Part shown: piece after piece, positions 42,131 to 50,009 of the stretch
Layout: every line of letters starts with the position of its first letter
Position numbering within the stretch: the stretch's first letter is position 1
NCBI GenBank assembly: GCA_035513155.1
Contig: DATKCO010000022.1
Coordinates: 18,117 to 82,116 of the forward strand
Direction of reading: 5' to 3'
Length of the DNA stretch: 64,000 bases
Source: Gemmatimonadota bacterium
GTDB taxonomy: Bacteria; Gemmatimonadota; Gemmatimonadetes; JACCXV01; JAHWKZ01
The notes under the pieces: model-generated
Database searches by the model: none
What the model was told of the DNA's origin: nothing
The model's input: only the letters and a program-made list of their open reading frames with translations
Program-made: the position numbers and the translations under genes

Positions 42131-42588
42131 CCCTCCGTCCGCTCCACGCGCGCGTGGATGATCTGCGTGACCCGGGGGTGCAGGCGCAGCGGGACCTCGA
42201 ATTCGCCCAGCGACTTGATCGGCTGATCGAGCTTCACCTGGGTGCGCTCGACCTCGAATCCGAGCGCCTCGAGACGGTCGGCGATGTCGGCCGAGGACAC
42301 CGAGCCGTAGAGTTGGTCCTCCTCGCCGGCCATCTCGCGGAACTCGAGGACCAGACCCTCCAGCCGGCCCGCCAGGGCCTCCGCGGCGGCGCGCTGCTGC
42401 TCGAGCTTCTCCTCGTACTTCCGCTTCTCCTGGGACACGCGTTGCTTGTTGGACGCGGTCGCCACATAGGCCAACCCCCGCGGGAGCAGGTAGTTCCGCG
42501 CGTAGCCCGGCGCCACCTCGACCACGTCACCCACCCGACCGAGGTTCTCGATCTCGGTCCGCAGGATCACTTCGGTGCTCTTCGCCAT
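42127..42588 (-). CDS. rplI: 50S ribosomal protein bL9
   Basis: MAKSTEVILRTEIENLGRVGDVVEVAPGYARNYLLPRGLA... The ATG at 42588 is preceded by GAGGAGGAAGG. Confidence 0.9.
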   Translation of the reverse strand: MAKSTEVILRTEIENLGRVGDVVEVAPGYARNYLLPRGLAYVATASNKQRVSQEKRKYEEKLEQQRAAAEALAGRLEGLVLEFREMAGEEDQLYGSVSSADIADRLEALGFEVERTQVKLDQPIKSLGEFEVPLRLHPRVTQIIHARVERTEG

Positions 42589-42601
42589 GATGCCTTCCTC
42601 C

Positions 42602-43498
42602 TCACGAGGTCTGTTCACGGTCGCGAAACGCGACCCATACGTCCGCCAGCCCGATCGTCACCCACGCCGCCGCAGCGAACGGGGTCAGGAACACGGCCGC
42701 CACGCCGACCAGCGCCGCGCGCCAGAGAGCGCCCATCCCGCGCCGGCCCAGCCACCACCACGTCAGCGCCAGCCCGACCATCGCGTAGACGACGCCGAGG
42801 GCCAGCGCCACGTTGACCGCCACGCGGTGGAGCCACGTCGCGTCCACCCACAGCCCGGCCAGGGCGGCGATCAGCGGCCAGACCGCTCCCTCGGCGGGAC
42901 GAAACCGCTCGAACGGCCGCGGCACCAGCCGCCGGTCGAGCGGGGAGGGGACCCGCCCCCAGCGACCCAGGAGCCGCAGCCCGAGCCAGGCCCCGAGCCA
43001 GAGGGCCAGCGCCACCAGCGCCGGCCAGACCGCGATCAGCGCGGCCGCCACGTCCGCGCTCAGGGCCGCGAGCGCGTCGAGCGACTCCGCGCCCATCCCG
43101 AAGGCCCGATACTGCTCGACGGCCCGGCGCCCCCCCTCCATCACGCCGCGCTCCAGCGCGGCCTCCCACGCGGCCACCACCTCGCCCGCCAGCGCCATGG
43201 CCGCGACCAGCGCGATCCCCGCCGTCGCCAGCGCCGGAGCGGCGAGCGTGTCCAGTCCCAGCTGCCCGTCGCCGCGTGCCACGAAGGCGCCGGAGACGAT
43301 CGCCACCGCCGCTCCCGTGGCCAGCATGACCCCGCCGAACCGGGTGCTCAGCATGACCGCCGCGACCAGCGCCACGACGACCGCTCCTCCGGCGCGCGCC
43401 GCGAGGCGCCGGTCGAACAGGGCGAACGCCAGACCCGCGGGCAGGGCGATCGTCAGCCAGGGCCCCGGCAGGCTCGCGAACAGGAGCGTGAGCGCCAC
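42602..43498 (-). CDS. DUF2232 (YybS-like) polytopic membrane protein
   Basis: Hydrophobic multi-pass protein between rpsR and rplI, the position YybS homologues occupy. The start is uncertain (GTG at 43498, CTG at 43513). Confidence 0.6.
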   Translation of the reverse strand: MALTLLFASLPGPWLTIALPAGLAFALFDRRLAARAGGAVVVALVAAVMLSTRFGGVMLATGAAVAIVSGAFVARGDGQLGLDTLAAPALATAGIALVAAMALAGEVVAAWEAALERGVMEGGRRAVEQYRAFGMGAESLDALAALSADVAAALIAVWPALVALALWLGAWLGLRLLGRWGRVPSPLDRRLVPRPFERFRPAEGAVWPLIAALAGLWVDATWLHRVAVNVALALGVVYAMVGLALTWWWLGRRGMGALWRAALVGVAAVFLTPFAAAAWVTIGLADVWVAFRDREQTS

Positions 43499-43545
43499 CG
43501 TCCACTCGGCCAGCCCCCATCCGCCGCTCGTCGAATCGCGCGGAC

Positions 43546-43764
43546 CTATCGCTGGTGATCGGGAATGTAGGGGATGAGCGCCAGGAACCGTCCGCGCTTC
43601 ACCGCCTGGGACAGCTGGCGCTGATGCCCCGCGCAGGTCCCCGACACGCGTCGCGGCAGGATCTTGCCGCGGTCGTTGGTGAAACGGTCCAGCAGGTGCT
43701 CGTCCTTGTAGTCGATCGCCTGCTTGTTCTCGCAGAAGTGACACGTCTTCTTGCGGGGCGGCAT
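43546..43764 (-). CDS. rpsR: 30S ribosomal protein bS18
   Basis: KKTCHFCENKQAIDYKDEHLLDRFTNDRGKILPRRVSGTCAGHQRQLSQAVKRGRFLALIPY. The ATG at 43764 is preceded by GAGGAAGAG. An alternative ATG at 43782 overlaps rpsF. Confidence 0.9.
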   Translation of the reverse strand: MPPRKKTCHFCENKQAIDYKDEHLLDRFTNDRGKILPRRVSGTCAGHQRQLSQAVKRGRFLALIPYIPDHQR

Positions 43765-43765
43765 G

Positions 43766-44110
43766 CTACTCTTCCTCGGCATCGCTCTCGCTCGTCGTCC
43801 GCGCGGCGGGGGCCGCCGGCACGATGGGGTTGACGACCGTGAGCTGGCGCAGGACCTGCTCGTCGAGCCGCATCACGCGCTCGAACTCGGTCAGGGCGGT
43901 AGGCTCGGTGTCGTACCGCAGCACGGCGTAGATCCCCTGCTCCTTCTTGTCGATCGGGTAGGCGAGCTTCCGCTTGCCCCACACGTCGACCTGGACGGAG
44001 TCCCCTCCGTTGGGGGCCAGGAGACCGGTGAGTCGCTGGATCTTCTCCTGCACCTGGGGATCTTCCAGGGCGGAGTCGAAGATGATGACGGTTTCGTAGG
44101 GTCGGGTCAC
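43766..44110 (-). CDS. rpsF: 30S ribosomal protein bS6
   Basis: MTRPYETVIIFDSALEDPQVQEKIQRL...VDVWGKRKLAYPIDKKEQGIY with an acidic C-terminal tail. GTG start with GAAGGGAG upstream. Confidence 0.9.
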   Translation of the reverse strand: MTRPYETVIIFDSALEDPQVQEKIQRLTGLLAPNGGDSVQVDVWGKRKLAYPIDKKEQGIYAVLRYDTEPTALTEFERVMRLDEQVLRQLTVVNPIVPAAPAARTTSESDAEEE

Positions 44111-44181
44111 GCGGCGCTCCCTTCGGTCTCTGGGCGGTCCGCCCCCGCGCGGGACGAACAGGGTGTGGGAAAGAGATCGAG

Positions 44182-44210
44182 AAGGTACTCGTGGACCGGC
44201 GCTCCGTCAA
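44182..44210 (-). promoter_or_regulatory. Candidate promoter for the rpsF-rpsR-DUF2232-rplI-rsfS operon
   Basis: Minus strand: TTGACG (44205-44210), 17 nt, TACCTT (44182-44187). The leader is about 65 nt. Confidence 0.35.
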
Positions 44211-44216
44211 CGCGTT

Positions 44217-44245
44217 TTGACCCTCCTGGTGGACCCGCCTATCTT
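44217..44245 (+). promoter_or_regulatory. Candidate promoter for bolA-grxD
   Basis: TTGACC (44217-44222), 17 nt, TATCTT (44240-44245). Its -35 lies 6 nt from the divergent rpsF -35. Confidence 0.4.
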
Positions 44246-44282
44246 GCCCTCGACGAATGCGAAAGTCGATGCGGGAGGTGCA

Positions 44283-44558
44283 GTGAGCGAGGGGGGATCG
44301 GTGCGTGAGCGCGTCCGCGAGCGTCTCGAGCGAGCGTTCGACGGGCGGGTCGAGGTGCTCGACCTGACCGGGACCGACAATCACTTCGAAGTGCGGGTCG
44401 TCTCGGCGGCGTTCGAGGGCAAGTCCCTCATCGAGCGCCACAAGATGGTCTACGCCCCGCTCCTGGACTGGATCGAGGACGACACCGTCCACGCGCTCTC
44501 GGTGCGCGCCTATTCGCCCGCGCAGCATGATTCCTTCACGCAGGAGAGCGAGCCATGA
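44283..44558 (+). CDS. BolA family protein
   Basis: RERVRERLERAFDGRVEVLDLTGTDNHFEVRVVSAAFEGKSLIERHKMVY. The GTG at 44283 follows GGGAGG (alternative GTG at 44301). Overlaps the glutaredoxin gene in an ATGA. Confidence 0.8.
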   Translation: MSEGGSVRERVRERLERAFDGRVEVLDLTGTDNHFEVRVVSAAFEGKSLIERHKMVYAPLLDWIEDDTVHALSVRAYSPAQHDSFTQESEP

Positions 44559-44887
44559 AGACCGAGGTCAAGGAACGGATCGATCGCGAGATCCGGGAGA
44601 ATCCGATCACGATCTATATGAAGGGGACCGAGATGTTCCCGCGCTGCGGCTTCTCCGCGGCCGCCGTCGAGGCGCTGCGGCGGGCCGGGGCCGAGGGCAG
44701 CATCCACTCCGTGGACGTGCTGGCCGATCCCGAGCTGTGGGAGTCGGTCAAGGAGTACAGCGACTGGCCGACGATCCCCCAGATCTACATCGCGGGGGAA
44801 TTCGTCGGCGGGGCGGACATCACCCGCGAGCTGTTCCAGTCGGGAGAGCTGCAGACGCGGGTGCGGAAGGCGCTCGCCGCCGGCTGA
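44555..44887 (+). CDS. grxD: Grx4-family monothiol glutaredoxin
   Basis: CGFS active site (MFPRCGFSAAA), WPTIPQIYIAGEFVGGADI. Confidence 0.9.
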   Translation: MKTEVKERIDREIRENPITIYMKGTEMFPRCGFSAAAVEALRRAGAEGSIHSVDVLADPELWESVKEYSDWPTIPQIYIAGEFVGGADITRELFQSGELQTRVRKALAAG

Positions 44888-44908
44888 TCCTCCCCACGGC
44901 CCGGAGGA
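44888..44908. terminator. Candidate bidirectional hairpin between convergent grxD and the P450 gene
   Basis: TCCTCC / GGAGGA 6-bp stem with a 9-nt loop. It fills the 24-nt convergent gap. Confidence 0.3.
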
Positions 44909-44911
44909 GGG

Positions 44912-46258
44912 CTAGCCGCGCCGCCGCAAGATCCCCCGCAGCCCGCCGGTCGGGCGCAGCGTGATGCTCGCCATCGGCGCGGGCGGCTCGCCGCCCCACT
45001 CCAGGCGAAAGCGCTGCGCGATCGCGGCCACGATCAGGACCAGCTCCATGCGGGCGAACTCGCGCCCGATGCACATCCGCGGCCCGCTGCCGAACGGGAG
45101 GTAGGCGAGCCGCGGCAGGCTCCGCTCGAAGTCGTCGGTCCAGCGGTCGGGATCGTAGCGCAGCGGCTCGGGAAAGAAGCGGGGATCGCGGTGGAGCACC
45201 CACGGGAAGACGAACAGCGTCGTGCCCGCGGCCAGCGGCCAGCCGGCGATCTCGTCGTCCTCCAGCGCCTCGCGGCCGAACGAGTACGCGGGCGGGTACA
45301 GCCGCAGCGACTCTTTGACCACGCGCTCGGTAAAGGGCAGGCGTGGCAGGTCGTCGATGACGGGAGGCCCGTCCAGCGCGTCCACCTCCGCCTCCAGCCG
45401 CTCCGCGACCTCCGGGTGGCGAGACACCAGGAACCAGGTCCACGTCAGCGCCAGCGCGGTCGTCTCGTGCCCAGCCAGCAGCATCGTGATCGTCTCGTCC
45501 CGCAGCTGCACGTCGCTCATCGGGCGTCCCTCCTCGTCCTCCACCCGCATCAGTGCCGACAGCAGATCCCCGCGGTCGCGCCCATCCCGATGCTCGTCGA
45601 TGATCCGGTACACGAGGCGGTCCATGCGGCGGACCGCGCTGCGGTAGCGCCGGTTCCCACGCGTCGGGACCCAGTCGGGCAGGAGGACGGGCCGGCGGAT
45701 GCGGCGGGCGATCTCCTCGATCCCGGTGTCGAACGCGGCGGCGATCTCGGCCACGTCGCCGCTCACCTCCGCGTCGAAGAGGGTCTTGGCGACCACGCGA
45801 AACGTGATCGAGGTCATCTCCGCCCGCACGTCCCGCTCCTCGCCGTCCTCCCAGCCGGCTACGCGGTCGAGCGTGTAGTCGACCATGATCGCGGCGTAGT
45901 CGGCGATCCGCGCGTGGTGGAAGGCCGGCTGGGCGAGGCGTCGCTGGCGGAGCCAGGCATCCCCTTCGTTGGTGAGGAGGCCCCGACCGAAGATCGCCTC
46001 GACCTTGCGCCAGAAGAACGTGTGCTTGACGTAGCTCCGGTGATTGTCGACGAGCACCCGCTCGACCGCCTCCGGACCGCTCAGGAGCCAGGCCTCGCGG
46101 TTCACCAGCCGGAAGCGCGCCACGTCGCCGTGCTCACGGGCGAGGCGGGTGGCGAAACCCAGCGTGTCGGCCGCAAACTCCCGCAGGTTCCCGAGGATCA
46201 GGTGGCCGGGCGGGCCGGGGGGAGTCCGCCGCCCGGTCTTCCTCAGCGGCGGCGCCAT
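44912..46258 (-). CDS. Cytochrome P450
   Basis: Heme-binding FGSGPRMCIGREFA, the AGHETT I-helix motif, and ExxR (ESLR). Confidence 0.9.
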   Translation of the reverse strand: MAPPLRKTGRRTPPGPPGHLILGNLREFAADTLGFATRLAREHGDVARFRLVNREAWLLSGPEAVERVLVDNHRSYVKHTFFWRKVEAIFGRGLLTNEGDAWLRQRRLAQPAFHHARIADYAAIMVDYTLDRVAGWEDGEERDVRAEMTSITFRVVAKTLFDAEVSGDVAEIAAAFDTGIEEIARRIRRPVLLPDWVPTRGNRRYRSAVRRMDRLVYRIIDEHRDGRDRGDLLSALMRVEDEEGRPMSDVQLRDETITMLLAGHETTALALTWTWFLVSRHPEVAERLEAEVDALDGPPVIDDLPRLPFTERVVKESLRLYPPAYSFGREALEDDEIAGWPLAAGTTLFVFPWVLHRDPRFFPEPLRYDPDRWTDDFERSLPRLAYLPFGSGPRMCIGREFARMELVLIVAAIAQRFRLEWGGEPPAPMASITLRPTGGLRGILRRRG

Positions 46259-47754
46259 CGCATCCAGCGATCGAGGAGTGAACGGGCGCGGGGGCCGAGC
46301 CTAGTGCGCTGGTACTGGTCCGCGATCGCGCCCAGCGCCCGCATGCGGGTGGGATAGGGATGGACCACGGCCGCGAGGTCGGTAAGCCCGATCCCCTTCT
46401 CCATCGCCAGCGTGACCAGCGAAATCGCCTCGCCCGCGTGGCGGCCGACGATCGTGGCGCCCAAGATCTCGTCGCCCTCGGCGTCGACCAGCACGCGCGC
46501 GAACCCGGCCGTCTCCCCGTCCAGGACCGCCCGGTCGACCGCGTCCCACGGCTCCTCGAACGCCCGGACCTCGCGTCCGGCCGCGGCCGCAGCCGCGCGG
46601 TCGAGGCCCACGCCCGCGACCTCGGGGTCCGTGTACGTGCACCACGGCAGCGTGAGCGCGCTCGCCTTCGCGCTTCCCGGGAACAGCGCGTTCCGGATCA
46701 CGAGGCGGGCGTGCGCGTCGGCGACGTGAGTGAACTGCTGCCCGCCGGCCGCGTCCCCGGCGGCGTAGATCCGGCGGTTCGACGTCCGCAGCCGGTCGTC
46801 GACGATCGGCGCTCTGCGCCCGTCGAGGCGCACGCCGGCGGCCGCCGGGTCGAGACCGCCGATCTCCGGCGCCCGACCGACGGCGACGAGGATCGCGTCG
46901 ACCTCGAGGTCGCGAGGGTCCGCCCTCGACTCGAGGGTCAGGCGGCACTCGCCGGCGGTCCGCGCGACGCGGGCGAGCCGGCTCCCGAGCGCGAGATCGA
47001 CCCCGTCGGCGCCCAGCGCCGCCGCCACGATCGCGGCCGCGTCGGCGTCCTCGGCGGGGAGCACCCGATCCTCCACCTCGACGACCGTGACCCGGGAGCC
47101 GAAGCGGGCGAAGGCCTGGGCCAGCTCGCACCCCAGCGGACCGCCGCCGACCACCGCCAGCCGCGGCGGCAGGGCGGCGAGGTCCCATACGCTCTCGCTC
47201 GTCAGGAACCCGGCGTCGGCGAGACCGGGAACGGGCGGGACGACCGGTCGCGCGCCGGTCGCGATGACAGCGCGCGCGAACCGGAGGCGGACGCCCTCGA
47301 CCTCGACCGCGTCGCGAGCCACGAAGCGGCCCTCCCCGAGGAAGACGTCGACCCCCAGGGCGCGGAAGCGGGCGGCGGAGTCGTGGGCGGCGAGGTCGGC
47401 GCGGAGCCGCCGCATCCGGCCCAGGGCCGCGGCGAAGTCTGCGCTGACGTCGGGGATCCGGACGCCCAGCCCCCCCGCGGCGCGCGCGTCCGCGACGGCG
47501 CGGGCGGAGGCCAGCAGCGCCTTCGACGGCACGCAGCCGGTGTTCAGGCAGTCGCCGCCCATCAGCCCGCGCTCCACCAGGGCCACGCGGGCGCCGAGGC
47601 CGGCCGCGCCGGCGGCGGTCACGAGCCCCGCGGTCCCGGCTCCGAGGACGACGAGGTTGTAGCGGTCGGCCGGGGTGGGGTTCGTCCAGCCCGGCGGCCG
47701 CACCCGCTCCAGCCGGCGCCGCTCGTGGGGGTCGATCGGCGCGGGAGCGGTCAT
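46243..47754 (-). CDS. FAD-dependent pyridine nucleotide-disulfide oxidoreductase (mercuric reductase/dihydrolipoyl dehydrogenase-like)
   Basis: GAGTAG dinucleotide fold and the redox-active GGDCLNTGCVPSK. The ATG at 47754 forms an ATGA overlap with the TVP38 gene's stop. The 705-aa track ORF is over-extended. Confidence 0.85.
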   Translation of the reverse strand: MTAPAPIDPHERRRLERVRPPGWTNPTPADRYNLVVLGAGTAGLVTAAGAAGLGARVALVERGLMGGDCLNTGCVPSKALLASARAVADARAAGGLGVRIPDVSADFAAALGRMRRLRADLAAHDSAARFRALGVDVFLGEGRFVARDAVEVEGVRLRFARAVIATGARPVVPPVPGLADAGFLTSESVWDLAALPPRLAVVGGGPLGCELAQAFARFGSRVTVVEVEDRVLPAEDADAAAIVAAALGADGVDLALGSRLARVARTAGECRLTLESRADPRDLEVDAILVAVGRAPEIGGLDPAAAGVRLDGRRAPIVDDRLRTSNRRIYAAGDAAGGQQFTHVADAHARLVIRNALFPGSAKASALTLPWCTYTDPEVAGVGLDRAAAAAAGREVRAFEEPWDAVDRAVLDGETAGFARVLVDAEGDEILGATIVGRHAGEAISLVTLAMEKGIGLTDLAAVVHPYPTRMRALGAIADQYQRTRLGPRARSLLDRWMRWRRR

Positions 47755-48464
47755 CCGGCCGCCGTCCGCCCGGCGAGCGCGCGGCGCGCGGCGCGGGTCA
47801 CGACCAGGACCGCGAGCGCGGTGGCGAGGATCCCCGCCGCGAACGCGGCGAGCCACCACCCGCTCCGATCCGTCGTCCCGGTCGCCAGGGCCGCGATCGA
47901 GCGCGCGCCGGCCCCCAGCCCCACGTAGAGGACGGTCCCCGGGAGCATCCCGAGCCACGATCCGAGCACGAAGTCCCGCAGCGAGACGCCGGTGAGGGCG
48001 AGCGCGTAGTTGAGGGCGTTGTAGGGGACGATCGGCGAGAGCCGCAGAAGAAGGACGACCTTGAGGCCCTCCTCGGCGATCCCCCGGTCGACCCCCTCGA
48101 GCGCCTCGCGGCGGCCGACGCGCCCCCGCACCCACTCGCGGCCCAGCCGGCGCCCGACCAGGAAGGCGATCGTCGCGCCCAGCGTGCTGCCGAGCGAGAC
48201 GACGGCGATCCCCCAGCCGGGTCCCAGGACGAAGCCCGTCCCCAGCGTGATCAGCGAACCGGGGACGAGGAGGACGGCCGCGGGCAGCCACACGAGAGCG
48301 AGGGCGAGGGCGGCCCACGGGCCCAGGTCCCGCGTCCAGCGGAGGAGGGCCTCGAGCCACGCCCCGACCGGAAGGAAGGCGCCGGCCAGGGCGAGGAGGA
48401 TGACGGCGCCGGCCAGGAGCGCCGCGCGGAGGGTGGCTCGATCGCGCATGCCGGACGCTACCAC
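47751..48464 (-). CDS. TVP38/TMEM64 (DedA-related, SNARE-associated) family membrane protein
   Basis: Polytopic protein with LLRLSPIVPYNALNYALALTG, typical of the family. Alternative ATG at 48449. Confidence 0.8.
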   Translation of the reverse strand: MVASGMRDRATLRAALLAGAVILLALAGAFLPVGAWLEALLRWTRDLGPWAALALALVWLPAAVLLVPGSLITLGTGFVLGPGWGIAVVSLGSTLGATIAFLVGRRLGREWVRGRVGRREALEGVDRGIAEEGLKVVLLLRLSPIVPYNALNYALALTGVSLRDFVLGSWLGMLPGTVLYVGLGAGARSIAALATGTTDRSGWWLAAFAAGILATALAVLVVTRAARRALAGRTAAG

Positions 48465-48500
48465 GGGCCGCGCGGCCGGTCCATTCCCTCAGGGACCGGT

Positions 48501-48529
48501 TTGACGGAGACGCCGTCGGCGTTCATCAT
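48501..48529 (+). promoter_or_regulatory. Candidate promoter for the amidohydrolase pair
   Basis: TTGACG (48501-48506), 17 nt, CATCAT (48524-48529). Confidence 0.25.
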
Positions 48530-48581
48530 CGTCCGGCCAGCCGCACCGCCACCTCGACGAATTTCCCGCCGGAGGCTCGCC

Positions 48582-50009
48582 ATGCGACCCGTACGGTTCC
48601 TCGTGCTGCTCCTCGCCGCCGGGCTGACCGCCTGCGCCGCGGCCCGTTCCGAGACTCGCGCCGGCCAGGACGGTGCCGGTGACTCCCTGGAGAGCCGGCG
48701 CGCGTTGTCGGGCATGCGAAACGGAGCCTGGGAGTCCACCTACACGCCTCTCCCCTCGCGTCCGACGGTGATCCGGGGCGCCACCGTCATGACCGCGGCG
48801 GGCCAGGAGATCGAAGGCGGCGACGTGCTCCTCGAGGACGGCCGGATCGCCGCGGTCGGCCGGGGCCTCGAGGCTCCCGCCGGGGCGGTGACGGTCGACG
48901 GCGCGGGTAAGTTCGTGACGCCGGGGCTGATCGACACCCACTCCCACCTGGGGGTCTATCCGAGCCCCGGCGTCTCGGCCCACTCGGAGGGAAACGAGGC
49001 GACCGCCCCGACTACCGCCCAGGTGTGGGCGGTCCACTCGGTCTGGCCCCAGGATCCCGGCTTCGTTCGGGCGCTGGCCGGCGGGGTGACCACGCTCCAG
49101 ATCCTTCCCGGGAGCGCGAACCTGATCGGAGGTCGCGGCGTGACCGTGCACCCGATCCCGGCCCGCAGCGCCCAGGAGATGATGGTGCCGGGCGCCCCCA
49201 TGGCGCTCAAGATGGCGTGCGGCGAGAACCCGAAGCGGGTCTACCAGAGCCGAGGGCCCTCGACCCGGATGGGCAACTGGGCCGGCTATCGCGAGGCGTT
49301 CATCGCCGCCGAGGGGTACCGGAAGAAGTGGGACGAGTGGGTGGAGAACGGGGGCGAGCGGCCGGATCGCGACCTCGCGAACGAGACGCTGGCCGAGGTG
49401 CTGCGCGGGAACATCCTCGTCCACAACCACTGCTACCGCGCCGACGACATCGTCAACATGCTGAACCTGTCGCGGGAGTTCGGCTTCAAGGTCCGCTCGT
49501 TCCACCACGCGGTGGAGGCGTACAAGGTCCGCGACCTGCTGGCCGCGGACTCGATCGGGGCCTCGATGTGGTACGACTGGTGGGGGTTCAAGATGGAGGC
49601 GTTCGACATGGTTCCGCAGAACCTCGCGCTGGTCTCCGAGGCCGGGGCGCCGGCCATCCTCCACACCGACGACCCGATGGGCATCCAGATCATGAACCAG
49701 GACGCCGCGCTGGCGATGTACGCCGGGCGCGAGGCGGGGATCGAGGTCGGGCGCGACGAGGCGCTCCGCTGGATCACCGCCAACCCCGCGTGGGCGCTCG
49801 GGATCGCGGATCGGACCGGCACCCTGGAGGTCGGCAAGGCGGCCGACGTGGTGCTGTGGTCCGGCGACCCGTTCAGCGTCTATACCCGGGCCGAGAAGGT
49901 GTGGATCGACGGCGCGCTTGCGTGGGACGTCGAGCGGGTCCGTCCGATGACCGATTTCGAGCTCGGGGTCCTGCCCCCGGACGAGGCCATGGAAGTAGGC
50001 CCGCGATGA
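48582..50009 (+). CDS. Secreted amidohydrolase family protein
   Basis: The ATG at 48582 follows GGAGG. Signal/lipobox MRPVRFLVLLLAAGLTAC. GLIDTHSHLG metal-binding motif. Confidence 0.85.
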   Translation: MRPVRFLVLLLAAGLTACAAARSETRAGQDGAGDSLESRRALSGMRNGAWESTYTPLPSRPTVIRGATVMTAAGQEIEGGDVLLEDGRIAAVGRGLEAPAGAVTVDGAGKFVTPGLIDTHSHLGVYPSPGVSAHSEGNEATAPTTAQVWAVHSVWPQDPGFVRALAGGVTTLQILPGSANLIGGRGVTVHPIPARSAQEMMVPGAPMALKMACGENPKRVYQSRGPSTRMGNWAGYREAFIAAEGYRKKWDEWVENGGERPDRDLANETLAEVLRGNILVHNHCYRADDIVNMLNLSREFGFKVRSFHHAVEAYKVRDLLAADSIGASMWYDWWGFKMEAFDMVPQNLALVSEAGAPAILHTDDPMGIQIMNQDAALAMYAGREAGIEVGRDEALRWITANPAWALGIADRTGTLEVGKAADVVLWSGDPFSVYTRAEKVWIDGALAWDVERVRPMTDFELGVLPPDEAMEVGPR

